Positions 10,445 through 20,122 of a DNA stretch of 64,000 nucleotides are shown here, one piece after another (the stretch's first letter is position 1; each line of letters begins with the position of its first letter). Origin of the DNA: Minisyncoccota bacterium. GTDB lineage: Bacteria > Patescibacteriota > Minisyncoccia > Phycocordibacterales > UBA2100. The position numbers and the translations under genes were made by a program. The stretch is taken from assembly GCA_031291875.1 (NCBI GenBank), contig JARLIE010000183.1, positions 129,356 to 193,355 of the forward strand, in the 5' to 3' direction. The notes below the pieces were generated by a model. The model did no database searches. It was not told the origin of the DNA and saw only the letters and a list, made by a program, of their open reading frames with translations.

Positions 10445-11263
10445 TTAGGCGACACGCCACTTTCCCTTCTCCCTTTTGAGTAAACCGTCGCGTTCCAATC
10501 CGGCTAAAGCCGTATCGATTCGGACAAGATCGAACCCTGTCGCAGTGACAAGATTCGATCTTGTCCGAGAGCCCTCATGTAATTGGCGTAGGATTTCTCC
10601 GCGGACCTGACGCAACGAACCCTCGAATCTCGATTGCTTCACGTAGTGTTTGCTCTGCGCGTTAGCGCGGATTCCCGAACGTTTGAGGTATGAGCCGTAA
10701 TCCATAAGCGCCCAGTGCCACTCCCTCGGGTCCTGGCCATCGGCGGCCTTCGCCGCGATCGGAATAAGATCCACGTCGCGGATCTCTTTTTTATCTTTAA
10801 AAAAATGATGGAAATACGCGGTTCGCACATTCGTTTCGATCAAAATGTCCGGCAAATCGAACGCGAAAACCCGTACGGCAGATGCCGTATACGGCCCCAT
10901 GCCGGGTAGTGCCCGCAGCTCCGCAACGTCTTTCGGGAAGACGCCCGCGTGTTTACCCGCTATCGCCCTCGCAGCGTCGTGCAAATATTTTCCCCGGCGG
11001 TTGTAACCGAGTCCATTCCATTCTTTTAGCACGTGGCCAAGGTCGGATCTTGCCAACACCCGCACCGTCGGGAAACGCTTGAGAAACGACTTGTATTTCT
11101 CGATGACGCGAGGGACCTGCGTTTGCTGCAACATTACTTCCGAAACGAGGATCTTATAGGGGTCGGTTGTTTTGCGCCACGGCAGATCGCTTCGGCCGTT
11201 ACTTTTGTAGTACCCGAGGACCGCTTTGCGAAACGCGGCAAGACTAGAGGGCTTCGATTTCAT
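10445..11263 (-). CDS. mutY: A/G-specific adenine glycosylase, MutY-like, lacking the Fe-S cysteines
   Basis: LPWR...PY.ILVSEVMLQQTQV.RV, W.GLGY.RR, HhH LPGMGPYTA; start ATG 11263. Confidence 0.9.
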   Translation of the reverse strand: MKSKPSSLAAFRKAVLGYYKSNGRSDLPWRKTTDPYKILVSEVMLQQTQVPRVIEKYKSFLKRFPTVRVLARSDLGHVLKEWNGLGYNRRGKYLHDAARAIAGKHAGVFPKDVAELRALPGMGPYTASAVRVFAFDLPDILIETNVRTAYFHHFFKDKKEIRDVDLIPIAAKAADGQDPREWHWALMDYGSYLKRSGIRANAQSKHYVKQSRFEGSLRQVRGEILRQLHEGSRTRSNLVTATGFDLVRIDTALAGLERDGLLKREKGKWRVA

Positions 11264-11720
11264 GGAGGTCTTGGTGCAGAATCGTATCTTCTGGCCCGAA
11301 AAGAAACGAGCCGGTAAATTTCTTTCCTTCGAGCAGCAGCGGTATCCAAAAAATATCATCCGGCCACATCAGCGCATAAGGTATTTCACTTTCGTCGAAC
11401 CACTGCGGCTTCATTTCCTCGGTTTCGACCGGATCTCCAGAAAATTCTCGAGTGGTAAAAACATGTACTTCGAGTGTTTCTTCGGGATTGTTGGCAAACG
11501 TAAAGGCAAGTAACCCGACCTTTTGAAGGATTAGTGCCTCTATTCCCGCCTCTTCACGCAATTCGCGTTTTGCCGCCGCCTCGATGGTTTCGCCCGCTTC
11601 GACTTTTCCACCGAAGCCGTTGAGTCGACCCGCGCCGAAGCCGCGCTTTTTCATACCGAGCAAAACGCGCGATCCCTGTCGCACCATACAAAGCGTGAGA
11701 ATCTTTCGTGTGGCGGCCAT
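11244..11720 (-). CDS. Nudix hydrolase, 8-oxo-dGTP diphosphatase (MTH1/MutT-like)
   Basis: KKRGFGAG..NGFGGKVEAGETIEAAAKRELREEAG Nudix box, EEMKPQWF, MWPDD. Confidence 0.9.
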   Translation of the reverse strand: MAATRKILTLCMVRQGSRVLLGMKKRGFGAGRLNGFGGKVEAGETIEAAAKRELREEAGIEALILQKVGLLAFTFANNPEETLEVHVFTTREFSGDPVETEEMKPQWFDESEIPYALMWPDDIFWIPLLLEGKKFTGSFLFGPEDTILHQDLHEIEAL

Positions 11721-11723
11721 GCG

Positions 11724-12413
11724 CTAGAGCTGGTAGATCACATCTTTGCGCTCGACGACGACTTTCCATTTTTCCTTTTTGGCGTGCGCATACAGTTTTG
11801 CATTGGGATTGAAACAAATCGGCTTTGCGACGATTTCGAGAAATGCGATGTCGCTCTCGCTATCGCCGACACCGATTGAGTTACCCAGCTTCAGCGACTC
11901 TTTGTCGATCGCCCGACGAATGAGGTACGCCTTGTCGAGCGCCTGTTCGTCCATGATCTTTCCGGTGAATCGCTCCTCTTCGTCCGTTTCGTACAAAAGT
12001 CCGTACACTTTATCGAAGCCGAGGCGCGGGCAAAACTTGTCGAGGATCGTTTTTGGCGAATGAGAAATCGCGAGCAAAAAATAACCCCGCTCCTTGAGTT
12101 CTTTGATCAGGGCGCGCGGATAGCGATACGTATGCTTCCATTGCGCGGCAACGACACGCTTCGAGGCGTCTGCAAGAGCGCCGTAGTGCACGCCCGTCAG
12201 GTGCGTAGTAAAGGCTTGAATTACGCCTTGAATGTACGAATCGTAATCCCCTTCGCGGTCGAGCCATTTTTCATGCTGCTTGGCGTATGCGGCCTGCGCC
12301 TCTTCCGGAAACACACCGTCGCGGATCAGCTGCTCGACGACCTGGATAAGAAGCGAGGAGCGAAAAATAGTACCGTCGACGTCGAATACGGCAAATTTCT
12401 TTCCGGTGGCCAT
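11724..12413 (-). CDS. HAD-IB family phosphatase (SerB-like)
   Basis: FDVDGT, GDSESD, FNP. Confidence 0.88.
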   Translation of the reverse strand: MATGKKFAVFDVDGTIFRSSLLIQVVEQLIRDGVFPEEAQAAYAKQHEKWLDREGDYDSYIQGVIQAFTTHLTGVHYGALADASKRVVAAQWKHTYRYPRALIKELKERGYFLLAISHSPKTILDKFCPRLGFDKVYGLLYETDEEERFTGKIMDEQALDKAYLIRRAIDKESLKLGNSIGVGDSESDIAFLEIVAKPICFNPNAKLYAHAKKEKWKVVVERKDVIYQL

Positions 12414-12455
12414 GACGATATGGTACCCGATGCTCGGGCCTTGTCGATACCGCGT

Positions 12456-13607
12456 TTATTGAACCTTTGGACCGCCGACCTTTTTGAGAATATCGGACTT
12501 GAACGCGTAAGTACGGCTTTTTTGAGAGGCAAATCGCTCCTGCGCGAGCCTGATGAGCTCCAAGACAAGGTCACGATTCGATACCCCGGAGGCCTTCCAA
12601 TTGTGATGATACAAACTCCCGGGCAGCGTATTTACCTCGTTTACAAACACCTCCTTCGTCGAATCATTGACGAGAAAATCGACGCGCGCGATCCCACTGC
12701 AGCCGAGTGTGCGATAGACGCGAATGCCGAGGTCTTTGATCTGCCGAGTAAGTTCTTCCGATATCTTTGCCGGAATTTCACTGTATGCGTTGTTGACGCC
12801 GCTCGATTTGCCGCTCGAAAGATATTTATCATTGAAATCAAAAAGTTCAGAAGTGTTCAGCGGGCGTTCGCACTGCGCAGCGCGGACATCGTCGTTGCCC
12901 ATGAGCGGGAGCGTGATTTCAAGCAGCGGCTCGACCGCCTCCTCGACCAGGACTTTATCGTCGTAGTGGAGCGCAACCTCGATTGCATTTTCGAGCTCCG
13001 CGTCTGTTTTTGCTTTCGCGATACCGATGGAAGAGCCGAGGTGTACCGGCTTCACGAAATACGGCGCTTTCAATTGTTTAATCTTTGTTCGGAAATGATC
13101 CGCATCCGCCTTCCATTGCGCCTGGGTAAACCATACATAGGGCACGACCGGCATACCCTCAGCCGCAACCACTTCTTTCGTGAGCACTTTGTCCATCGCG
13201 ACGGCGGAAGCGAAAATATCGCATCCAACGAAAGGAACGTTCGCCATGCGCAAAAGTCCCATCAAGGAGCCGTCTTCGCCGAACGTGCCGTGCATCGAGG
13301 GAAACACAATATCGATCTTCTGACTCTTTCCGAACACACCCGGCCACACGATTTCAAATCCGGCGGTGAATGAGAGCGACACAGGCTTCATTTCGGAGAG
13401 CTGCGCCTCCCAGTCGGGCTGCTTGAAAAAACCAAGCTCGTTCATGCGCTGGTCGCAGTACCATTTTCCCTCTTTCGAAATGTACACCGGCCAAACGTTG
13501 TATTCCCGGGTTGCAAGCAATGTCTCGATGATCGGGATATGCGCGGTGATGATGGAAACGTCGTGTTCGGCACTCCTGCCGCCGAAGATGACCGCAATGG
13601 ATTTCAT
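12456..13607 (-). CDS. ddl: D-alanine--D-alanine ligase
   Basis: FGGRSAEHDVS, HGTFGEDG, KPVHLGSSIG, NEVNTLPG. Confidence 0.96.
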   Translation of the reverse strand: MKSIAVIFGGRSAEHDVSIITAHIPIIETLLATREYNVWPVYISKEGKWYCDQRMNELGFFKQPDWEAQLSEMKPVSLSFTAGFEIVWPGVFGKSQKIDIVFPSMHGTFGEDGSLMGLLRMANVPFVGCDIFASAVAMDKVLTKEVVAAEGMPVVPYVWFTQAQWKADADHFRTKIKQLKAPYFVKPVHLGSSIGIAKAKTDAELENAIEVALHYDDKVLVEEAVEPLLEITLPLMGNDDVRAAQCERPLNTSELFDFNDKYLSSGKSSGVNNAYSEIPAKISEELTRQIKDLGIRVYRTLGCSGIARVDFLVNDSTKEVFVNEVNTLPGSLYHHNWKASGVSNRDLVLELIRLAQERFASQKSRTYAFKSDILKKVGGPKVQ

Positions 13608-13687
13608 GCCCCCATAGTACCGCATGCTCGGCCCAATACGAACCCGAGACTCAAGGACGCCTTGCCTATAACCCTTTGGAAATTGGG

Positions 13688-15109
13688 TTAGAAATATTGA
13701 TCAGGCCAGTCGTTTTGGATGAGGACGACGTCGCCGGATACAGTCATGGTTGGCAATGCCCGGTAGGCGGCCAGTGCTTCGTCGAACCAGACGATTTCAC
13801 CCTTGTAGTCGCTCTCCTGCAGTCCTTTTGCAATGTACGGCGTAACTGAATTGCGTAGCAGCACGACCTTCTCGATGTGCGCTTGCGCGAGCTCGCGCCC
13901 GATCGTCTCGTGCACCTCCTGTTTGCGAGATCCCATTTCGACAAGCCCGGGCGTCACATACCAGCGTCGCCTCCCCTGCAATGTCCTGAGAAACTCGATC
14001 GCGACGCGCGCGCCGTCCGGATTGCCGTTGTAACTGTCGTCGATCATAACAACGCCTCCGTCAAGGCGCGGCTGCAGACGATGGTCGAACGGTTTCGTAC
14101 GCTCGATGCCGAGGCGAATTTGCTCGTCGGTGAGTCCGAGCTTCGACGCAATGTCCGCAGCTGCGGCGATCGGGCCGACATTGTGCAAACCAAGCAGCTT
14201 CGAGCGAGCACGCAAAACAGCCTCGTCATGTTTGAAATCAATACTCGTACCTTCGATGCCCGTTTCGGCGGCAACTACCTGCCAATCACCTGCTCCGTGC
14301 GCATCGTAACGGATGTGAGTCGTAGCGGCATGTGCGCGGACGAGCTCGTTATCGGCGTTCACATAGACAGGCTTGTCTTTCAAATAGCGCGCGAGCTCAA
14401 AGATGGTAGCTGCCGCGCGATCGACCGTCTTGAAACGCTCCAGGTGCGCCTCGTTGATACCGGTGATGACTCCCCACTGCGGTTCGACGAACTTGCACAA
14501 GCGCATAATGTCGCCTGGATAGTATTCTCCGAATTCAAAAATGAGCACCTCCTCGTCGCCGCGCAGCTGTTCAACAAACTTCGCGATGCCAAGCGGGGTG
14601 TTGTGACTTCCGCCCGGCGCTGCAACACGCTTGCCGCTCGAGAGTACCGATTTCAAAATCTCGCGCATCGTCGTTTTGCCGTAACTGCCGGCGACGGCGA
14701 TTTTCACGGCCGGATGCTTTTTGAGAACGCGTTTGGCGCGAGCAACGATGTACCACTCGACGGGAATTTGCAGCGCATTCAGGAAGAGCATCAAGACAAA
14801 AAGCGAGTACGGTACAAGAAACGGCGCAAAAAGGATACCGATAATCGCGGAGATAACGCCCGGCACGCCCGTCTCGAACGCGACGTAGGCCGACATGCCC
14901 GCACTAAACACAAACGATCCCCAAGCAAAGAGTATGAGCAGCACGGCCTTTGGGGTGTACACGAGGTGCTTGCGTTTCTCGATCGCTGAAAAATCGAACG
15001 TGCGGTGATACCAGGCAAGAAATTCGCGAGGATAATATTCGTTTGCCTGCATCATGTAGATGAGGGTACGGATATAGAGCGGATGATAGCGAGACAAAAG
15101 TCCTTTCAT
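13688..15109 (-). CDS. murF: UDP-N-acetylmuramoyl-tripeptide--D-Ala-D-Ala ligase (membrane-anchored MurF)
   Basis: GSYGKTT, HNTPLG, AHLERF, IDDSYNGNP; next to ddl. Confidence 0.9.
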   Translation of the reverse strand: MKGLLSRYHPLYIRTLIYMMQANEYYPREFLAWYHRTFDFSAIEKRKHLVYTPKAVLLILFAWGSFVFSAGMSAYVAFETGVPGVISAIIGILFAPFLVPYSLFVLMLFLNALQIPVEWYIVARAKRVLKKHPAVKIAVAGSYGKTTMREILKSVLSSGKRVAAPGGSHNTPLGIAKFVEQLRGDEEVLIFEFGEYYPGDIMRLCKFVEPQWGVITGINEAHLERFKTVDRAAATIFELARYLKDKPVYVNADNELVRAHAATTHIRYDAHGAGDWQVVAAETGIEGTSIDFKHDEAVLRARSKLLGLHNVGPIAAAADIASKLGLTDEQIRLGIERTKPFDHRLQPRLDGGVVMIDDSYNGNPDGARVAIEFLRTLQGRRRWYVTPGLVEMGSRKQEVHETIGRELAQAHIEKVVLLRNSVTPYIAKGLQESDYKGEIVWFDEALAAYRALPTMTVSGDVVLIQNDWPDQYF

Positions 15110-15852
15110 ACAAAAGATCGAAGGTAACCGGCGACCTCACTGGGCTTATCCTGATGCGGCACATGGCCTGCGCCCGCGACGATCTCCATTCGCGATCCTT
15201 CGATAGCGGCCGCAAGACGTTTGCCATCTTCGAGCGGTGTTGTCGCGTCGAGCTCGCCCCACACCAGCAGCGTCGGTACCTTGATGCGGCGTGCGTAGAG
15301 CGTGAGATCTTCGTTGATTGTATTGAGGTAGGTCTGCGAAAGTGCGCCGGCTTCCAGGTAGTCGCTGCCAGTGTGACGATATAAGCGCTTTCGCAGTGCC
15401 GTGTAGAGCGAGCGCGGGACGAAAACGGAGAGCGCCTTCCCTATTTTTGCGATGGCGCGATACACGAGCGCCTTCGGCGTATTTCGCTTTGCATTGCCGG
15501 CGGCGTCGATCAAAACTATTTTTGGAGCCGTTAGCGTACCTTCTCCGAATCCTTTGAGAATAACTCTGCCGCCGAAGGAATGGCCGACGATAGCAACCGG
15601 TTCGAGATCGACCCGTCGTAGAAAATCACGCACGAAACTCGCGTAGTCGGCGACGTACCATGGTTTCGGTGGCAATTCGCTCGTACCGAATCCGGGCATA
15701 TCGAGCCGGACGACGCGATACCTGTCGGCTAGTAGTTTCGTAAGCTCGTCGAAACTCGTGAGTGAATGCATCCAGCCGTGCAGCAACAGCAGTACCGGCC
15801 CTTGCCCCTCATCCTTATATTCGACGGCAATGTTATCGACGATGGTTTTCAT
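15106..15852 (-). CDS. Alpha/beta hydrolase
   Basis: LHGW, GHSFGG, WGELD, GHVPH; ATGA overlaps with both neighbours. Confidence 0.93.
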   Translation of the reverse strand: MKTIVDNIAVEYKDEGQGPVLLLLHGWMHSLTSFDELTKLLADRYRVVRLDMPGFGTSELPPKPWYVADYASFVRDFLRRVDLEPVAIVGHSFGGRVILKGFGEGTLTAPKIVLIDAAGNAKRNTPKALVYRAIAKIGKALSVFVPRSLYTALRKRLYRHTGSDYLEAGALSQTYLNTINEDLTLYARRIKVPTLLVWGELDATTPLEDGKRLAAAIEGSRMEIVAGAGHVPHQDKPSEVAGYLRSFV

Positions 15853-16541
15853 ACACCTTGTGCTTTGCGCTTGCCGGCAGCGCCATTCCAGCGTTTATTC
15901 GCCTCCGGCCAGAGCTTGGTAAGCGGATGCTCCGAGCAGTCGTGGGGTCGCGCCTGACAAACATATCTGCCGTAGAGCACGAGGCCGTTATTGACGTACT
16001 TCCAATCCTTTTTGGGGACGAGTGCTTCGAGGTCGTGGGAGATTTTCTTGAGATCGGTATTGTCGCTGAGATCGAAACGATACGCGAAACGCTTCACGTG
16101 CGTGTCGGTCGGTATACCGTCCCAAATTTCATACAATTCACCGAGCACGACGTTTGCCGTTTTGTACGCCACGCCGGGTAGCGTGACGAGCTCGTCGACC
16201 GTGCGCGGGATATTACCGCCGAAATCATTTTCGATCATCTTCGCGGCGGCGATGATAGCCTTTGCCTTGTTGCGAAAAAAAGAGAGCGAGGCAACCTCCT
16301 TTTCGAACGCCTTCGGGTTGGCGCGCGCGAAGTCGCGCACGGTTTTGTATTTCTTATACAGCGACTCCGTAACCTTATTCACCTGTTTGTCGGTCGCCTG
16401 TGCCGAGAGCATAACTGCCGCCAAAAGCTGCATTGGCGTTTTGTAGTGGAGCTCCGTTTTCGGCTTCGGATACGTCTTTTTCAGATAAGAGACCATCCTT
16501 GCGGCCCGCTTTTTGCGCGCTTCGAATTGGGCCGATTTCAT
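15849..16541 (-). CDS. nth: Endonuclease III with a degenerate Fe-S motif
   Basis: LSAQATDKQVN, LPGVAYKTANVV, DTHV. Confidence 0.93.
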   Translation of the reverse strand: MKSAQFEARKKRAARMVSYLKKTYPKPKTELHYKTPMQLLAAVMLSAQATDKQVNKVTESLYKKYKTVRDFARANPKAFEKEVASLSFFRNKAKAIIAAAKMIENDFGGNIPRTVDELVTLPGVAYKTANVVLGELYEIWDGIPTDTHVKRFAYRFDLSDNTDLKKISHDLEALVPKKDWKYVNNGLVLYGRYVCQARPHDCSEHPLTKLWPEANKRWNGAAGKRKAQGV

Positions 16542-16585
16542 GCCGAAATCCTAGCATATTGCCGCGAATGCACACGGCTCTAGCC

Positions 16586-17077
16586 CTATTTGATCGTAAT
16601 CGGAATCGTCACTTCGTCGGCGTTTTCAGGATTTCCCGAAGGATTGTCTTTGAGGAGAATCAGAATTGCCGGGCCGTGATAGGAGGCATCGACGCTCACC
16701 GTAGCGGTAAACGCGATCGGCCCGGGCTGCGTCCAATCGCCCTGCGCCCTCCCTTGCGTCGAGCCGATAAGATCGTCGTTTGAGTCTCGCACCTGGATCG
16801 GAAACACTGCCTCGAAGAACCAACCGCCGGGAGCCGTGCCGGTAACCGTGAACGTGCGTGAGACGCTTGCATTTTGTTTCGGTGACGAGACACTCACCTG
16901 CTGATCGAGTGGTACGTTCGAAGTCGTAGTGGCAGGCGTAGATGACACTGTAGAGCTCGTCGTATGAGTAGAGGGCGTCGTTTGCGGCATCGCGGGCGTC
17001 GTAAACCAAATCCACGCGAGCGCCGCAAGTATGCATACGAGTATCGCGAGCAGGATAGTCCAGCCGATTTTGGTCAT
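16586..17077 (-). CDS. Membrane-anchored Gmad2-type Ig-like domain protein
   Basis: N-terminal TM, T/S linker, VTGTAPGGWFFEAVFP...DNPSG. Confidence 0.75.
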   Translation of the reverse strand: MTKIGWTILLAILVCILAALAWIWFTTPAMPQTTPSTHTTSSTVSSTPATTTSNVPLDQQVSVSSPKQNASVSRTFTVTGTAPGGWFFEAVFPIQVRDSNDDLIGSTQGRAQGDWTQPGPIAFTATVSVDASYHGPAILILLKDNPSGNPENADEVTIPITIK

Positions 17078-17724
17078 ACGCGAGAGCGGTGCTCTTGCGC
17101 ATAGAGCATGTACGAATACAACACGAGTCCGACTGCGATAATGACGAGCGGCAAGAAAATAATCCACGCAGCATACGAGGGCGCAAATATACCGAGCACG
17201 ATTACGACACCGAGCGCCTTGAAAAGTGTTCCGCCGAGTTCGTGCGTGCGTTGCCAGACGTGATCCGAAGAAATCGTCCACGGCGTTCGAATGCCGATAA
17301 ACCAGTTACGTTTCGTTTGCGGCAAAAGCATGCCGATATAAAAAACCAAGATGCCGACCGCGGGAAGCACGATGAGTCGTGTATCGAACCCACCGCCCAA
17401 ATTCCACGCGAGCAGCGCTGTTTGGATACACGCAAAAACCAACATTAGGATTGCGACGAAGGTATCGTATTGTTTCTTGAAAGTTTCAATGTTCGCGCGC
17501 AGTGGATCGATGTACGGTATCGCGATACACAGCAAGAGCGTGAGCAGCATGATGAACGGTAGAAGAAACGCCCCGGTGAAAGAATCCATCGTCCCGTTCA
17601 CCGTACCGTCGGCTGCCCAATGCGTCGCTATAATCGGCGGCAAGGATGGATACACCAAAATAGAGCCGATGACGGTGGCGGCAAAGATGATCCAAGCGAG
17701 CCTTCGAGCTACCAGTGAGGACAT
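17074..17724 (-). CDS. SdpI/DUF1648 family membrane protein
   Basis: ATHW..DG, NWFIGIRTPWT.S..VW..TH. Confidence 0.9.
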   Translation of the reverse strand: MSSLVARRLAWIIFAATVIGSILVYPSLPPIIATHWAADGTVNGTMDSFTGAFLLPFIMLLTLLLCIAIPYIDPLRANIETFKKQYDTFVAILMLVFACIQTALLAWNLGGGFDTRLIVLPAVGILVFYIGMLLPQTKRNWFIGIRTPWTISSDHVWQRTHELGGTLFKALGVVIVLGIFAPSYAAWIIFLPLVIIAVGLVLYSYMLYAQEHRSRV

Positions 17725-17817
17725 ACCAGAGTGACGTTTTCAGTATACGCCCCGTTACGCAAAAAGGAACGCCTAGGTGCTAAAAAGGGCCATTTCTGCT
17801 AGTATTCTCGGATTCCT

Positions 17818-18837
17818 ATGGCTTCCACTACCGCAAAGGCGTCCCCCAAGGGACGCAAGAAAATCATCGTTATCGGCGGCGGCACGGGCACATTTACCGT
17901 GCTCACCGGGCTCAAAAAATACCCGGTGGATCTCACCGCAATCGTCGCGATGTCGGACAGCGGCGGCTCGACCGGCATGCTGCGCGACGAGCTCGGTGTC
18001 CTGCCCCCCGGCGATGTTGTTCGCTGCCTCATCGCGCTCTCCCGGCAGGATGTCTTGATGCGCGCGCTCATGGAGTACCGTTTCGAAGGCGGCAAACTCA
18101 AGGGACACCGCTTCGGCAACTTGCTGCTCTCGGCGCTCGAGAAAACGACCGGTTCGTTCGATACAGCGGTAGAAAAAGCGAGCGACATTTTGCGCACTAA
18201 CGGCCGCGTCATTCCCTCGACCCTCAACAACGTGCATCTCATGGCCAAGGTGGGCTCGCGCACGATTCGTGGCGAGGAAAAAATTCAGAACTCGATCCTC
18301 AATGGATCGCTCAAGCGCCTGTGGCTCGAGCCGAGCGCGCGCGCCAACAAAAAAGCGATCGACGCGATCAAGGAGGCCGATCTCATCGTGCTCGGTCCGG
18401 GAAATTTGTACGCGAGCATCGTTCCCAACTTGCTCGCGAGCGGCATGTCGGAAGCGATCCGCAAAAGCAAAGCGACCAAAGTTTTTATCTGCAACCTCAT
18501 GACCAAAATCGAACACACCGAGGGCTGGAGCGTCGCCGATTACACCGCGGCAATCGAACGCTACCTCGGCGGCCCCGTCGATATCGTCGTATACAACAAC
18601 AAAACGCCCGACGAATCAATCCTCAAAAAATACGCGCGCGAAGGAGATACGCTCACGCCGTGGGATGAATTGCCGGAAGGACGCGAATCGTTCGGCGCCA
18701 ATTTGATGTCGCGCCACTCGCACGTCACCAACAAAATCGGCACGCCTTCCCGCGAAAGCTCGCTCGTGCGCCATGACGCCGGCAAGCTCGCGTCGATCCT
18801 CATGCGCATCGTCGAAACGAAAAAGAAGCGCACCTAG
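17818..18837 (+). CDS. yvcK: YvcK/GlmR family (UPF0052) UDP-GlcNAc-binding protein
   Basis: IGGGTG, DSGGSTG.LRDE.G.LPPGD, GH.FGNL, GPGNLY.SI.PNL, RHD. Confidence 0.92.
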   Translation: MASTTAKASPKGRKKIIVIGGGTGTFTVLTGLKKYPVDLTAIVAMSDSGGSTGMLRDELGVLPPGDVVRCLIALSRQDVLMRALMEYRFEGGKLKGHRFGNLLLSALEKTTGSFDTAVEKASDILRTNGRVIPSTLNNVHLMAKVGSRTIRGEEKIQNSILNGSLKRLWLEPSARANKKAIDAIKEADLIVLGPGNLYASIVPNLLASGMSEAIRKSKATKVFICNLMTKIEHTEGWSVADYTAAIERYLGGPVDIVVYNNKTPDESILKKYAREGDTLTPWDELPEGRESFGANLMSRHSHVTNKIGTPSRESSLVRHDAGKLASILMRIVETKKKRT

Positions 18838-18888
18838 GCGCTTGCGGGCTTCGAGTCGCGTGCTACGATAGCCGAACAACTGAATATC

Positions 18889-18977
18889 GTATCAAGAGTG
18901 CGGCGAGAGAACTGGCTCTACGACCCGCCGGCAACCTATCGAGAAGATGTGGTGCCTCCAGCCGAAAGGGGCGATAC
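18889..18977 (+). ncRNA. SAM-I family riboswitch aptamer
   Basis: gtATCAAGAG...gagagaACTGGCtc..GA...CGGCAACC...GGTGCc...GATAC with P1 gtatc/gatac; directly upstream of metK. Confidence 0.88.
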
Positions 18978-18989
18978 TTTTATCAACTA

Positions 18990-19014
18990 ATCTCCCTTTC
19001 GGGAGATATTTTTG
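18990..19014 (+). terminator. Riboswitch expression-platform terminator
   Basis: atctccc-tttc-gggagat followed by atttttg, just before the metK ATG. Confidence 0.75.
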
Positions 19015-19022
19015 TTGCCGTC

Positions 19023-20075
19023 ATGTTCCAACTACTCAAGCGTTATACGACAGAAAGCGTTACCAGCGGCCACCCGGACAAAGTCTGCGACCAGATCTCG
19101 GACGCGATTTTGGATTATTGCCTCTCGCAGGATCCGGGATCACGGGTCGCCGTCGAAACGTTCGGCTCGCACGGCACACTCATGATCGGCGGTGAAATTA
19201 AAACCGGCGCGGACGTCAACGCCGAGGAAATCGCCCGCAAAGTGTACAGCGATATCGGCTACCAAGAAGATCTTGAAGTGCTCGTAAAGATCGCAAGACA
19301 ATCTCCGGACATCGCGCAGGGCGTCGACACCGGTGGCGCCGGCGATCAGGGCATCATGTACGGCTACGCAACCGACGAGACGAAAGAGATGCTTCCGCTT
19401 GGTGTCGTGCTTTCGCACGCGCTTGCCCGCAAGCTCGAAGAGGTTCGTCGCTCGATGGAACTCTCCTGGATCCGTCCCGACGGCAAGACGCAGGTCACCA
19501 TTGAAGACGGCAAAGTACCGACCGCGCTTATTTCCACGCAGCACTCAGAAGAAACTGCGCAGGAAGAAATTCGCGAAGGACTTCTTAAGTATGTGTTCGA
19601 ACCGATTCTCGGCGACATTTCGGGCATCGAGGTCCTCGTCAATCCGACCGGCAAATTTACGATCGGTGGCTTCGCGGCCGACGCGGGACTCACCGGTCGC
19701 AAGATCATGGTAGACACGTACGGCGGCCTGATTCCGCACGGTGGTGGCGCCTTCTCGGGGAAAGATGCCACGAAGGTCGACCGTAGCGCGGCCTACATGT
19801 GCCGTTTCGCGGCCAAAAACTTGGTTGCAAATGGCTATGCAAAAAAGGCACTCGTTTCCGTCGCCTATGCGATCGGTCGCGCAGAACCAGTCATGGTCGC
19901 CGCGTACGACGACAACGGTAAGGACCTCTCTGAGATCGTCCAGAAAAACTTCGACTTCAAGCCGCGCGCCATCATCGAGCGCCTCGGTCTCACGAAGCCG
20001 ATCTTCCAGCCAACAGCCGCCTACGGTCACTTCGGTGTCGAGGGACGTCCGTGGGAGAGCGTCGTAAAGATTTAA
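19023..20075 (+). CDS. metK: S-adenosylmethionine synthetase
   Basis: ESVT.GHPDK, GAGDQG, GGGAFSGKD.TKVDRS. Confidence 0.98.
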   Translation: MFQLLKRYTTESVTSGHPDKVCDQISDAILDYCLSQDPGSRVAVETFGSHGTLMIGGEIKTGADVNAEEIARKVYSDIGYQEDLEVLVKIARQSPDIAQGVDTGGAGDQGIMYGYATDETKEMLPLGVVLSHALARKLEEVRRSMELSWIRPDGKTQVTIEDGKVPTALISTQHSEETAQEEIREGLLKYVFEPILGDISGIEVLVNPTGKFTIGGFAADAGLTGRKIMVDTYGGLIPHGGGAFSGKDATKVDRSAAYMCRFAAKNLVANGYAKKALVSVAYAIGRAEPVMVAAYDDNGKDLSEIVQKNFDFKPRAIIERLGLTKPIFQPTAAYGHFGVEGRPWESVVKI

Positions 20076-20093
20076 GAGTAGTCTTGAGGTTGT

Positions 20094-20121
20094 AAAAGTC
20101 CCGAAATTTCTCGGGACTTTT
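20094..20121. terminator. Bidirectional terminator between metK and glmS
   Basis: aaaagtcccga-aatttc-tcgggactttt. Confidence 0.75.
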
Positions 20122-20122
20122 G

